From: a virus
DNA: 64,000 nucleotides
IMG/VR virus record: IMGVR_UViG_3300037549_000096
Direction: 5' to 3' (one strand)
Numbering within the stretch: position 1 is the stretch's first letter; the number at the start of each line of letters is the position of its first letter. Of this stretch, positions 42,367 to 52,134 are shown in pieces. A program made the translations under genes and the position numbers. Under the pieces are notes generated by a model. The model searched no databases. It saw nothing but the letters and a program-made list of their open reading frames with translations, and was not told where the DNA came from.

Positions 42367-43361
42367 TAACAACCTACAAAATAAGTAACGCTTCCTGTCG
42401 CTAATACTTTTTGTGCATTTGACGGATAGCTAACAAAATTAACAAACCATGCATTATCCTGCTGCCATGTAATTGCTAATTGATTCAGCAATTCAGGCAA
42501 AGCAGGATCAGTAAATAAAGGCACAATATAATAACCCCAACTATTATCTACAATAATAGATAAGGCTTGTTCTATAGAATCTATAGTATTAGATGGAATT
42601 GTTAATAAAGTGGCTTGAGTAGTTGATAATAATTGATGTTTAACTAATGCTTGACCTAAAGGATTATTCAAGTTATTTATCAAATAACTTGGTATTGTAT
42701 CACCTATATTTATAGTTATATAACGATAATCAATTACATCATAATAAAGATTCCAAGAAATATTAACATATGAATTTAATCCATTAGCTTGAAATAATGG
42801 AATCATACTATTATTAATATTTACAACATTTTCATTTTGTATAAAATAACTAATATCTAGATCTAAATTATCAACATAACTTATATAAACACTATAATTA
42901 GATTGTGTTAAATCCAAACCAGATGGAATTAATTCATTTATAGTAAAAGAAACAACATCTTTATTAGAACCGTCTGTATTAAAAACCGCACTTGTTAAAC
43001 TAGCGGTAAAGACGATATTTTGTGTATTATTATCTACACAAAACATGGTATATTGATGTTGGGTAAATTCAATATTTTCATTTTGAGCTAAAGTAGAAAC
43101 GAAAAGTGTTGAACGTAATAAATCAATAGTATTAACAAGATAATTTCCTACTTGTTTCCAGTATATTATATCAGCCATAGTTAAATTAAAATTAAATAAT
43201 AAACCTGCATCATTTATATCAGTATTAATAGAGTTATTTCCATTTATTATTATTGAATTAACTAACTGTCTTGCCAATCCGACAAAGATAGGACTCTGCA
43301 CTATTGGTTTAGCAATAGTAGAAGGTGATCTTTTCTCATAAAAGTTTGTCGGAGTTGACAA
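42366..43361 (-). CDS. paralog of the tail sheath N-terminal protein
   Basis: Shares PIFVGLARQLVN / PVYVAPLYRIVAN, YYIVPL / YMYVPL and QKVLATGSV / QNILATGPV with 26553-27566. Confidence 0.5.
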   Translation of the reverse strand: MSTPTNFYEKRSPSTIAKPIVQSPIFVGLARQLVNSIIINGNNSINTDINDAGLLFNFNLTMADIIYWKQVGNYLVNTIDLLRSTLFVSTLAQNENIEFTQHQYTMFCVDNNTQNIVFTASLTSAVFNTDGSNKDVVSFTINELIPSGLDLTQSNYSVYISYVDNLDLDISYFIQNENVVNINNSMIPLFQANGLNSYVNISWNLYYDVIDYRYITINIGDTIPSYLINNLNNPLGQALVKHQLLSTTQATLLTIPSNTIDSIEQALSIIVDNSWGYYIVPLFTDPALPELLNQLAITWQQDNAWFVNFVSYPSNAQKVLATGSVTYFVGC

Positions 43362-43408
43362 GACAGCCCCTTTTATTCATTACGATTATAATAACACGAT
43401 TTTACGAT

Positions 43409-46400
43409 TTAGAAAACATTAAGTTCGCATTTCAAGTGTTCTGGTAACTTTTTAAGATAATCAACATCAAAAACATCAAGAAAACCTATTCTTTCAGTTC
43501 TTTGATTATCTAAATCCATACCAGAATAATCTACTGGTATTCTACCATGATTCATAACTTGTATTTCTTTCTTATCATTCTTATTATAACCATGAGGATT
43601 AATTATAGTTACACAAGTAGGAACAAATACAGTTCCTAAGATAAAATCATCAATAATATAAGTATCAGGATATGGACCTTTAGCTGGAGAAAAGGTTGTG
43701 TTAAAAATATAAGTTTTTTCTTCAAATAAATCTAAAGCTTTTTCCTTATAAACATCAGGAAACATTAAAAGATCCATTTCACCATCTAATGTAAAGATAG
43801 TAACAATAGCCATATCCTCTTGTTTAGCACGAGTTTTAGTACGTTTAATTTTAACTACACTTCCTACAATACTTGTTTCAGGAAGCAGTTTAATTAATTC
43901 AGCATACTTGATAATAAAACCTTCTTTTACGTAAAAACCATAAGCTTCTTGTTCATCTTTAGCTCGATCAGTAAATTTTTTCTGATTATATTGTATCGTA
44001 TAACCGTTTTCCATAAAGATATCAAACATAAACTCTTCTTTTGATATCTTAGCATTTTTAGAATAAGTAAGCATTCCAGGAGCATTACCTAAAAGTATTT
44101 CTCTCCCATAAGATAAATCATCAAAAAATCCACATTTAATCAAATTGTTCAATTTGGTTTTATCGAGTTTTACTGATTCTAAAAAGTGATTAAGATCTTT
44201 AAATTGTACAGTATATTGATCACATTCACCTAATTCTTTAACTGAGTTTAAACCAATAATGACCTTATCATCTTTGATGATAAAGTCAGTAGAACAATTA
44301 TTCATTCTTGGATATTCAAAAATTACGCTTTCTTTAAAATTAAAGAAATGATTTGCCATTGTTTTACTGTCACCCATATCTGCATTAAGTAAAGCTAACG
44401 CAAACTCTTGTGGATGATGTACTTTTAACCACATACAACAATAGGCAATTAGAGCGTAAGCTGCGGAGTGAGCTTTATTAAAACAGTAATCTCCGAAACC
44501 TTCAATCTGATCCCATAAAGTTTCCATTTTCTTTTTATTATAACCATTAGAAATAGCGCCATTCACGAAATCTTCTTTAATAGACCTCATACGCTCTTTG
44601 TCTTTTTTACCAATAGCTTTTCTTAAATTATCAGCTTTAGATAGAGGAAAATTAGACAAAACTTGACTAATTTTCATAATCTGCTCTTGGTATACTAAAA
44701 CTTCGTATGTATCTCCAAGCAATTCAGTAAACTCAGGTAAAAAATGTTCTTTAACGCCTTGGTTTTTATTTAAAACGTATTGATCTGTTAGACCCGCTTG
44801 TAAAGGACCAGGACGATAAAGCGCATTTGCCGCTGAGATATCATCAAAACGGGTTGGAGCCATTCGGCGCAATAGGTCTTGCATACCTTTAGATTCAAAT
44901 TGGAATATACCATGTGTGTCTCCTGCTCTGAAGCGTTCATAGACCTTTGGATCGGTTAATGGCAGATTGTAAAGAGTGTTAAAACTTATATTCGCTAATT
45001 TGCAAGCATTATGTAAAATGTCTAGATTCTTTAAACCTAAAAGATCCATTTTTAACAAACCATAAGCTTCTGCATCATTTTTGTCAAATTGGCAAAGTCT
45101 TACACCTTCTCCGTTATCTTCTTTCCAAGTCACAGGTGCATAATCTGTCATTTTAGTAGGAGAAATTACTACTCCAGCCGCATGAACACCTTCCTGTCTA
45201 ACAAAGTTCTCCATTAAAAGAGCTTTTTCCCAAGTATCTTTATGTTTGTTAGAACTGTTGATCCATTCTTGAATTTTATCAAACATTCCAACTTCACTTA
45301 ATTGTGGAGTAATACCAAATTTAGCTGGCGGCCATAATTTAGTAACTCTTTCAGCTTCTTCGTTATCAATACCAGAAATACGACAAGCATCTTTAAATGA
45401 AATTTTAGACTTCATTAAACCAAATGTGACAATCTGTGATACACGTTCTTTACCGTATTTATTTTCAAGATACTCAATAACTCGTTTACGTTGATTTTGT
45501 GAAATATCAACATCAATATCAGGCATTGAAATACGATCAGGATTTAAAAACCTCTCGAAGAATAATCCATGTTCGATTGGGCATAATTCTGTAATTCCCA
45601 AACAATAGGAAACAATACTACCAGCAGCAGAACCACGACCAGGGCCGATAGGAATGTCATTTCTTTTAGACCAATCAATAAAATCCCATACAATAAGGAA
45701 ATAAGACGGAAAGCCCATTTTGCAGATAACTTCGATTTCAAATTCAAGTCTTTCATGTTGTTCTTTAGTCGCATTAGGATATCTCCTAGCAAAACCAGCA
45801 TGAGTTAATGATTTAAATAAATTTACATCATCATCACAAAAAATTGGAAGTTTATCGCCGTATTGAATAGTATCTTTTTCAACATTTTTGTTGAGAAGAA
45901 ATAGATAATTCTCAATAGCATCTGGTACTAATCCAGCTATAACTTGATGCTTTGGGTTTTCGTAATAAGATTGTAATTGTTTAGCGTCTAAATCTTTAAA
46001 CTCTTTACCTTCTGACAAAATAGCTTGAAACGCAGGAATATCCTGTTGTTTAAGCATATATGTATCATAGAAGAAAATAGGCTTTAATTTAAAATAAACA
46101 TTATTTGATAAAGTAGAAAAAGTATTTACAGCTACATAACATCTATCATTTAATGAATCAATGAACGGAAATTCTTCATCAACAATAGCAAAAAGTTGAT
46201 CACTTTTAGCTAAAGTATTGACTAAATCTTCAATAGTAAGTCTTGGCTCATAATAAAAATTTTGAGAAGCCATTGTGATAGCTTCACATAAAGCAATATA
46301 AGCTTTATGAGAATAAGCGTAGAGTCTAATACGGTCATAAGCTCTATATTTATTAGAACGATCATTGACTACTGTTAAAGTAACTGATGGAATTACATTC

Positions 46401-46561
46401 TTTCGTTTTTTGTTTAAACGAATTAATCCTGACATATTACCAAGATCAGGTACAGCCATTGGAATTGTTGGATCTAATTTTTCTAAATGAGCAATTTTGA
46501 TAGCTGATTTCTTTAAAGAGTGTTCACTAATGAAACCAAGTCTACAGAATGTATTTTGCAT
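43409..46561 (-). CDS. dnaE: DNA polymerase III alpha subunit (family C)
   Basis: GPGRGSAAGS, FERFLNPDRISMPDIDVD, HAAGVVI, KMDLLGL, GIFQFES, FNKAHSAAY; OB fold at the C-terminus. Confidence 0.97.
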   Translation of the reverse strand: MQNTFCRLGFISEHSLKKSAIKIAHLEKLDPTIPMAVPDLGNMSGLIRLNKKRKNVIPSVTLTVVNDRSNKYRAYDRIRLYAYSHKAYIALCEAITMASQNFYYEPRLTIEDLVNTLAKSDQLFAIVDEEFPFIDSLNDRCYVAVNTFSTLSNNVYFKLKPIFFYDTYMLKQQDIPAFQAILSEGKEFKDLDAKQLQSYYENPKHQVIAGLVPDAIENYLFLLNKNVEKDTIQYGDKLPIFCDDDVNLFKSLTHAGFARRYPNATKEQHERLEFEIEVICKMGFPSYFLIVWDFIDWSKRNDIPIGPGRGSAAGSIVSYCLGITELCPIEHGLFFERFLNPDRISMPDIDVDISQNQRKRVIEYLENKYGKERVSQIVTFGLMKSKISFKDACRISGIDNEEAERVTKLWPPAKFGITPQLSEVGMFDKIQEWINSSNKHKDTWEKALLMENFVRQEGVHAAGVVISPTKMTDYAPVTWKEDNGEGVRLCQFDKNDAEAYGLLKMDLLGLKNLDILHNACKLANISFNTLYNLPLTDPKVYERFRAGDTHGIFQFESKGMQDLLRRMAPTRFDDISAANALYRPGPLQAGLTDQYVLNKNQGVKEHFLPEFTELLGDTYEVLVYQEQIMKISQVLSNFPLSKADNLRKAIGKKDKERMRSIKEDFVNGAISNGYNKKKMETLWDQIEGFGDYCFNKAHSAAYALIAYCCMWLKVHHPQEFALALLNADMGDSKTMANHFFNFKESVIFEYPRMNNCSTDFIIKDDKVIIGLNSVKELGECDQYTVQFKDLNHFLESVKLDKTKLNNLIKCGFFDDLSYGREILLGNAPGMLTYSKNAKISKEEFMFDIFMENGYTIQYNQKKFTDRAKDEQEAYGFYVKEGFIIKYAELIKLLPETSIVGSVVKIKRTKTRAKQEDMAIVTIFTLDGEMDLLMFPDVYKEKALDLFEEKTYIFNTTFSPAKGPYPDTYIIDDFILGTVFVPTCVTIINPHGYNKNDKKEIQVMNHGRIPVDYSGMDLDNQRTERIGFLDVFDVDYLKKLPEHLKCELNVF

Positions 46562-46646
46562 TTTGTTCTCCTAACCGCTTCGGGTCGCGGCATGTTTAGG
46601 TATATGTTTGCAGATATAACGTTAATTCGTCAAGAAAAAGATTTGT

Positions 46647-46675
46647 TTGACAGAATCCTGGAAAGCGTGTAACCT
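46647..46675 (+). promoter_or_regulatory. sigma70-like promoter for the ssb operon
   Basis: TTGACA-N17-TAACCT upstream of an AGGAG RBS. Confidence 0.55.
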
Positions 46676-46695
46676 TTGTGTATTAGGAGTTAAGC

Positions 46696-46887
46696 ATGGC
46701 CCGAAAACCAACCGAACCAGAATCTAGAAAAGAAACCATCTCTTATCGTGTAACTCGTTCTTTATATAACAAGGTCATAGGCCATGTTGATGGATCAGAC
46801 GAACCTACGTTAAGTGATTATGCTAGAAATGCGTTACTTGAACGCATTGATAGAGAAGAAAAGGAGAAAAATGGAAAATCAGAATAA
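46696..46887 (+). CDS. ribbon-helix-helix DNA-binding protein
   Basis: ETISYRVT strand followed by two helices (TLSDYARNAL). Confidence 0.65.
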   Translation: MARKPTEPESRKETISYRVTRSLYNKVIGHVDGSDEPTLSDYARNALLERIDREEKEKNGKSE

Positions 46888-47113
46888 ATCATTTTTGAAT
46901 CGTTTTAAAACTTTGACAGAACACAATGAAATTATTCATTTCTTTAAATTAATAGGTAATGAAGAAGAAGTAAATAAGTTAGCTAAAGAAAAAGCTTTAG
47001 AATTAAAAGGTGAATATTATATCACCAAAAACTATTCTAAGACTTCTATTAATGTGATTATTTCATACCCGTTAAATCTTGATTGGGACTCACAAAGAAT
47101 AGCTCAATCTTAA
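46871..47113 (+). CDS. hypothetical protein
   Basis: Start MENQNK with AGGAG RBS. Confidence 0.6.
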   Translation: MENQNKSFLNRFKTLTEHNEIIHFFKLIGNEEEVNKLAKEKALELKGEYYITKNYSKTSINVIISYPLNLDWDSQRIAQS

Positions 47114-47126
47114 CCAGGAGAATACC

Positions 47127-47588
47127 ATGTTAAACGAAATTCTTATTATTGGGCGTTTAGGAAAAACTCCAGAACTTAAAGTGACTCCATCTGGAGCCCA
47201 GGTAACAAGTTTTGGAGTAGCTACATCAGAAAAGTGGACAAAAGATGGACAAAAGCACGAAGAAACTACGTGGCATAATGTTGTTATTTGGGGAAAGAAC
47301 GCAGAATCAGCCTGTAAATACATGAAGAAAGGTGAACTACATCTTTTTAAAGGTACGATGAAGTATGAGAAGTATGAAAAAGATGGAGTAGAAAAGATTG
47401 CTCCTAAAATTCACGTAACTACCTTTAAGCTTTTACCTAATGGTCAAAGTAATAGTGGTCATACTCCTGAAGAACCAGGTAATAGTGCCGCTTATACGGG
47501 TGGACGTTCTTCAGATGAACCCGATATGAGTCAAGGACAACAATCAAACTCTAATATAAGTTATGATAACGACGAAATCCCTTTTTAG
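47127..47588 (+). CDS. ssb: single-stranded DNA-binding protein
   Basis: LNEILIIGRLGKTPEL, TTWHNVVIWG, C-terminal DEIPF. Confidence 0.97.
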   Translation: MLNEILIIGRLGKTPELKVTPSGAQVTSFGVATSEKWTKDGQKHEETTWHNVVIWGKNAESACKYMKKGELHLFKGTMKYEKYEKDGVEKIAPKIHVTTFKLLPNGQSNSGHTPEEPGNSAAYTGGRSSDEPDMSQGQQSNSNISYDNDEIPF

Positions 47589-47658
47589 AATTATTTAAAT
47601 AGGAGATTAAGAATGGGACGATCTTTGATTGTCCCATTTTTGTGAAAAAGGAAATATT

Positions 47659-48576
47659 ATGAATTTAAATACAGGAATTTATTGTATTAAAAATCTAGCA
47701 AATGGTAATTGTTATATTGGATCATCTGTAAATATTAGACTAAGATGGCATGAGCATAAATATGAATTAAAAAACAATAAACATCACTCTAGACATTTAC
47801 AAAATGCATATAATAAATATGGAATTGAATTATTTGAATTTAAGATTTTAATAAATTGTGAAGTATGTGAATTGCTTACCATAGAACAACAATTTATAGA
47901 TTCTTTTAAACCTAAATATAATGTATTAAAACTTGCCGGATCACCACTAGGATGTAAAAGAACAGAAGAGTCTAAAAGAAATATGTCTATAGCTCAAAAA
48001 GGGAAAATAGTCACAGAAGAAACTAAAAGAAATATGTCAATTGCTCAGACTGGTAAAGTTTTATCTAATAAAACTAAAGAAAAAATATCAAAATATCACA
48101 CTGGAAAAATAATAACTAATGAAACAAAACAAAAAATATCTATAGCAAGATTAGGAATAGTATTCTCAGAAAAAACTAAAAGAAAAATGTCAATAGCTCA
48201 AACTGGTAGAACCTGTTCAGAAGAAACTAAAAGAAAAGTATCATTAGCTGTTCTAGGACGTAAACATTCTGAAGAATCTAAAAGAAAAATGTCATTAGCT
48301 CAAAAAGATAGAATTACGTCTGATGAAACAAAGCAAAAACAATCTTTAGCACATTTAGGATATAAAGCATCTGACGAAACAAAAAAGAAAATGAGTTTAC
48401 GTGTAAGTGGTGATAAAAGTCCTACTGCTAAATTAACATGGGAATTAGTTAACGAAATTAGAGAATTATATGCAACTAGAAAATTTTCACAACGTAAGTT
48501 AGCAAAATTATTTAATGTTACTCAACCTAATATTGGTGCTATAGTAAGAAATGAAACATGGATTGTTAATAATTAA
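47659..48576 (+). CDS. GIY-YIG homing endonuclease with NUMOD3 repeats
   Basis: GIYCI..YIGSS..R..H; many tandem 17-aa (S/T)EETKRKMS-like repeats; C-terminal HTH. Confidence 0.92.
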   Translation: MNLNTGIYCIKNLANGNCYIGSSVNIRLRWHEHKYELKNNKHHSRHLQNAYNKYGIELFEFKILINCEVCELLTIEQQFIDSFKPKYNVLKLAGSPLGCKRTEESKRNMSIAQKGKIVTEETKRNMSIAQTGKVLSNKTKEKISKYHTGKIITNETKQKISIARLGIVFSEKTKRKMSIAQTGRTCSEETKRKVSLAVLGRKHSEESKRKMSLAQKDRITSDETKQKQSLAHLGYKASDETKKKMSLRVSGDKSPTAKLTWELVNEIRELYATRKFSQRKLAKLFNVTQPNIGAIVRNETWIVNN

Positions 48577-48587
48577 AGGAAATAAAT

Positions 48588-48896
48588 ATGTCATGGTATT
48601 TAAAACTATGGAATTGGGTTTATAAGGTTATAACCTTAAAACCAGCTACCGATTATTTTCAAAAGTTAGCTAATACTAAAGATCCTCAATCTTCTCATGA
48701 TGCGATTAATTTATTATGGGGTATTGGGGCTTTCTTTTTATATTTCCTAGATCATTTTATATATAAAAGAGTATTTAATAATAATGATTTTGTTTTCATA
48801 GCAAGTATGGCAGGTATTTCAACTTTAGCTGCTGTTTCGGCTAAAAAAGTAGATGCTAAAAATATTACTACTACTTCTGATTTATCACAACAATAA
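48588..48896 (+). CDS. putative holin / small membrane protein
   Basis: Two hydrophobic segments, 102 aa. Confidence 0.45.
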   Translation: MSWYLKLWNWVYKVITLKPATDYFQKLANTKDPQSSHDAINLLWGIGAFFLYFLDHFIYKRVFNNNDFVFIASMAGISTLAAVSAKKVDAKNITTTSDLSQQ

Positions 48897-48908
48897 AGGA
48901 AGATTAAT

Positions 48909-49562
48909 ATGGATATCGTAGCTGCTGTTACCGGATTAACGCCATTACAAAAGAAAGTAATTTTATACATAACACTAATAGCACTAGTGTTTGGTGCTGG
49001 TTTTTATACTGGTATTAAGACTTTTAACGCAAAATTAACTAATCAAGAAATAAAATATCAAGCTCAGATTGATAAACTAATGAAAGATGTAGCAGATAAA
49101 GATGTAGAAGTACAAAAACATTTAGCTGTACGTGATGAGAAAACTCAAGAGGCTCTAATAGCTAAAAAACAAGCCGATGACTCTGGTATCAAAGCCGATC
49201 AAGCCGAAAAGAAATATCGTGCTTTAGAGGCTCAATTAAATATTCCTGTTACCAACGATACTACGCCACCTACTGCTAATCAAGTTGCTACGGCTTGTGA
49301 TGAAGTAATTGCGAAGAAAGATGATCAAATTAAAGGTTTAGATGCTGCATATTCTAATGTATTTGATGCAAAAACCGCTGCTGATCAAGCTGTTCAAGGA
49401 CTACAAGAAGAAAAGAAAGATCTTGTAACATCTGTAGACTTGAGCAAAAAGATCAACAGCGATTTAAGTAAACAATTGGAGTCTCAGAATCGCCGCAAAT
49501 GGCTTTATCTGATAGGTGGCGCGTTAGGTGGTGTTGCTACCGAACGTGCCTTGAGGAAATAG
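48909..49562 (+). CDS. membrane-anchored coiled-coil protein (spanin-like)
   Basis: N-terminal TM helix, long coiled coil, C-terminal hydrophobic segment. Confidence 0.5.
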   Translation: MDIVAAVTGLTPLQKKVILYITLIALVFGAGFYTGIKTFNAKLTNQEIKYQAQIDKLMKDVADKDVEVQKHLAVRDEKTQEALIAKKQADDSGIKADQAEKKYRALEAQLNIPVTNDTTPPTANQVATACDEVIAKKDDQIKGLDAAYSNVFDAKTAADQAVQGLQEEKKDLVTSVDLSKKINSDLSKQLESQNRRKWLYLIGGALGGVATERALRK

Positions 49563-49570
49563 TATTTTCC

Positions 49571-49687
49571 TCAATCCTCTAGTAACGCTTGAACAAATTT
49601 AGAAACAGAAACCAATAAAGCCGCAACTGCAATTTCTGAAGCGGCTGTAGCTACTGCTTCTAAAAGTGTAAGCACAAGAGCGAACAT
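49571..49687 (-). CDS. small hydrophobic peptide (38 aa)
   Basis: Manual: MFALVLTLLEAVATAASEIAVAALLVSVSKFVQALLED; AGGAG RBS. Confidence 0.45.
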   Translation of the reverse strand: MFALVLTLLEAVATAASEIAVAALLVSVSKFVQALLED

Positions 49688-49711
49688 ACTAAAACTCCTT
49701 GAGATAAAATT

Positions 49712-49740
49712 AAAAGGGAACCAATTAGGTTCCCTTTTTT
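49712..49740. terminator. bidirectional Rho-independent terminator
   Basis: AAAAGGGAACC-aatta-GGTTCCCTTTTTT. Confidence 0.8.
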
Positions 49741-49755
49741 GTGTTATCTCTCACA

Positions 49756-50253
49756 TTATTCGACTTCTTTTGAATCCTTTGCTACATCGACCATACCAAG
49801 ATCAATAAAAATATCCGCAACATCGAGAAGTTTGTTAGACATTGAATCTCGGAAACCAGCAACAACAATACGAATATCACGATCTTGGAGTTTTCCAAGC
49901 GTGTATGCAAAATCTTCGTCACCACTTACTAGAATGATTGTATCGATATTATTAATTACCGATAACATCATATCAGTAGCAATTTCAACTTCCAAATGCG
50001 CCTTACGAGTATTAGTATCACGATCTTGCTTAACTTCCTTCTTTACTACTCGCCAACCATTATGAGTCATCCAATGAAGGAAACTACGCTGCTTTTCTGC
50101 GTTAGCATCACTTCCTGTATAAAATACAGCTTTTTGATATTCCTGTCCTTCTGTAAGAACGTTTAAAAGCTTGTTATAATCAATCTGCACATTAGCTTGC
50201 ATTGCAGAATGGAAAATATTATTGCCATCAACAAAAATAGCTGTCTTATTCAT
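49756..50253 (-). CDS. NYN-domain (LabA/DUF88, PIN-like) protein
   Basis: IFVDGNN ... LVSGDEDF ... SNKLLDVADIFIDL. Confidence 0.9.
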   Translation of the reverse strand: MNKTAIFVDGNNIFHSAMQANVQIDYNKLLNVLTEGQEYQKAVFYTGSDANAEKQRSFLHWMTHNGWRVVKKEVKQDRDTNTRKAHLEVEIATDMMLSVINNIDTIILVSGDEDFAYTLGKLQDRDIRIVVAGFRDSMSNKLLDVADIFIDLGMVDVAKDSKEVE

Positions 50254-50262
50254 ATCAATTCC

Positions 50263-50400
50263 TTAAGAGTTTTCATTAACTTTAGGTTCATACCAACATT
50301 CAAGATTCGGAAGCTCAAGTTTTTCATGAACTTTATCAATCATAGCTTGAGCTTCATCTTCAGTTTCTACTGGAATCTTAAAATAAACTATTAAAGACAT
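50263..50400 (-). CDS. small hypothetical protein (45 aa)
   Basis: Manual: MSLIVYFKIPVETEDEAQAM..., coupled to the upstream stop. Confidence 0.5.
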   Translation of the reverse strand: MSLIVYFKIPVETEDEAQAMIDKVHEKLELPNLECWYEPKVNENS

Positions 50401-50684
50401 TAGAAACTAATAACAACTGGAGTATCATTATTTTCAGCTGAAATCTTATCGATAATAGCTGTAAACTTTTCAACATCTACCTTGGCGCTCTTAATGGCAT
50501 CATGAAGAAGATCATCATCATTAATATACAGTACAAAAGATTCATGTTCATCAGGAACAGGATCTACTTCTTCTTCAATATGTTCACAAATCTTATTTGT
50601 AACAGTTTCGACCTTCTTTTCGTCGAAACCCATTTCTTCCAGAACTTCAGCGAGAGCTAAAACTACTACAATTGAAACTTCCAT
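50400..50684 (-). CDS. acidic hypothetical protein
   Basis: 94 aa; AGGAG RBS. Confidence 0.65.
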   Translation of the reverse strand: MEVSIVVVLALAEVLEEMGFDEKKVETVTNKICEHIEEEVDPVPDEHESFVLYINDDDLLHDAIKSAKVDVEKFTAIIDKISAENNDTPVVISF

Positions 50685-50695
50685 ATTAAAACTCC

Positions 50696-51226
50696 TTATT
50701 TAAAAAGTTGAGAATGGATGCGTGTCCATGAGAGTTTATCATTATGCATTATTTCATATACAAGATTAGAAATAATGCTAGAACCGGGTTGTGGTCGTGG
50801 TGAATCATCATCTAAAAAAATATCAAAACAATTATCCATTATAATTTTCTTAATGTCATCTGGTTTATATTCAAGCCATTTATCTTGTTCTCTACATTGA
50901 CCTGAACTTAAATACTTCTTAAGTGATTTAGTAATTTCTTCTTCAATATCGATATAAAAATCTTTATTTCTCCAACACCAAAACTGGTAATGTAATCGGT
51001 TAACTACATTACAAATATTAGGCTCCATATTCCACATAAGCGGAGTATAGACAGGATCGCAAATGAACGTAGCTGCTTCTCTATGAGCAGAACCTAACGC
51101 ATCGCAATTATGGTGTTTAATATCAACTGTACCATCATTTAAATCAATAACGGTAAGCCCAATTGCTCTTAAAGCTTTTACTCTCTTTTTTAATTCAAAC
51201 TCTGGGTGAGACATTGAACAGATCAT
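50696..51226 (-). CDS. hypothetical protein
   Basis: Likely start just after the stop of the upstream ORF. Confidence 0.6.
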   Translation of the reverse strand: MICSMSHPEFELKKRVKALRAIGLTVIDLNDGTVDIKHHNCDALGSAHREAATFICDPVYTPLMWNMEPNICNVVNRLHYQFWCWRNKDFYIDIEEEITKSLKKYLSSGQCREQDKWLEYKPDDIKKIIMDNCFDIFLDDDSPRPQPGSSIISNLVYEIMHNDKLSWTRIHSQLFK

Positions 51227-51227
51227 A

Positions 51228-51554
51228 TCAATGATCCAATAGGATGATTTGTGATTTTGGTTTTTCCCGAATCTCCATAGGTGCTTGAAGTAAAGTTGAA
51301 TCAAATAACGCAAAATTAGAATTATTTAAAAGTCTCTCATATTCCTCCTTAGTAGCATTAAGTTTTAATTGATACAATACAGCCAAGGTCTGATTAAACG
51401 CTACAAGATTAGCTGAAGATCCTTGTGCAGCTACCTGACCTTGACTCGCATTAAAAATATCTACATTTGTTCTAAGAGTAAGACAAGCTTCAAACAAATG
51501 TAGAATATTAATCTGATTTTGGTTTAACGGAAGTTTAGCTTTAGGTTCTTCCAT
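51228..51554 (-). CDS. hypothetical protein
   Basis: 108 aa. Confidence 0.6.
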   Translation of the reverse strand: MEEPKAKLPLNQNQINILHLFEACLTLRTNVDIFNASQGQVAAQGSSANLVAFNQTLAVLYQLKLNATKEEYERLLNNSNFALFDSTLLQAPMEIREKPKSQIILLDH

Positions 51555-51747
51555 TTCGTACCTTACGTCGAAGCTTTTCTGGAGAAGTTGGATTAGGTGG
51601 AGTTGAAGATTTAGTCCAAGTTGTATTTGGCTGAGACTTCCATTCGCTCTTGGGAACGAACTTCCAACCTTTGTTTACAAGATTAATAGCGCGATCTTCT
51701 GATACACGCCTAACCTCGTTGTCAAGATTGCTCTTTACACACTTCAT
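51541..51747 (-). CDS. small basic hypothetical protein
   Basis: 68 aa; GGAGG RBS. Confidence 0.65.
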   Translation of the reverse strand: MKCVKSNLDNEVRRVSEDRAINLVNKGWKFVPKSEWKSQPNTTWTKSSTPPNPTSPEKLRRKVRNGRT

Positions 51748-51806
51748 AGGCTAATCGCCTCCATGTTGGCATCATTATTGAATGATGCTGGGTTAATAGT
51801 ATTAAA

Positions 51807-51980
51807 TTATTCAATTTTAGTAAATCTACCATCATGAAATTCATAAACTGGACGAACCCAATTTATTCCTGTAGCGATATTACGATAAACAATAACAGGT
51901 TCTAATGTTTTTTCTATAATTGCTTGAAAAATTATTTCATAAATACCACCTGTTTTATTATGGCGATATAATTCAGGCAT
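51807..51980 (-). CDS. DUF1653-like small protein (57 aa)
   Basis: Manual: MPELYRHNKTGGIYEI..EKTLEPVIVYR..WVRPVYEF..RF; shorter than any ORF in the track. Confidence 0.7.
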   Translation of the reverse strand: MPELYRHNKTGGIYEIIFQAIIEKTLEPVIVYRNIATGINWVRPVYEFHDGRFTKIE

Positions 51981-51989
51981 ATATACCTT

Positions 51990-52028
51990 AAAAGAAAAAA
52001 CGCCACACTAAATAAGCTGTGGCGTGTT
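51990..52028 (-). terminator. terminator downstream of tRNA-Lys
   Basis: Minus strand ACGCCACA-loop-TGTGGCGT followed by TTTTTCTTTT. Confidence 0.75.
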
Positions 52029-52033
52029 GAATT

Positions 52034-52110
52034 TGGTGGAACTGATGGGACTCGAACCCATGACCCTCGCATTAAAAGTGCGATGCTGCTACCAACTGAG
52101 CTACAGTTCC
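52034..52110 (-). tRNA. tRNA-Lys(UUU)
   Basis: GGAACTG/CAGTTCC acceptor, anticodon arm TCGCA-CTTTTAA-TGCGA, GTTCGA T-loop, encoded CCA. Confidence 0.95.
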
Positions 52111-52134
52111 GAATTTTAATTAATAATTCTCTTT

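Noticed and set aside
47950-48400. ~51-nt periodic repeats
   Set aside because: Explained by NUMOD3 protein repeats of the GIY-YIG endonuclease.
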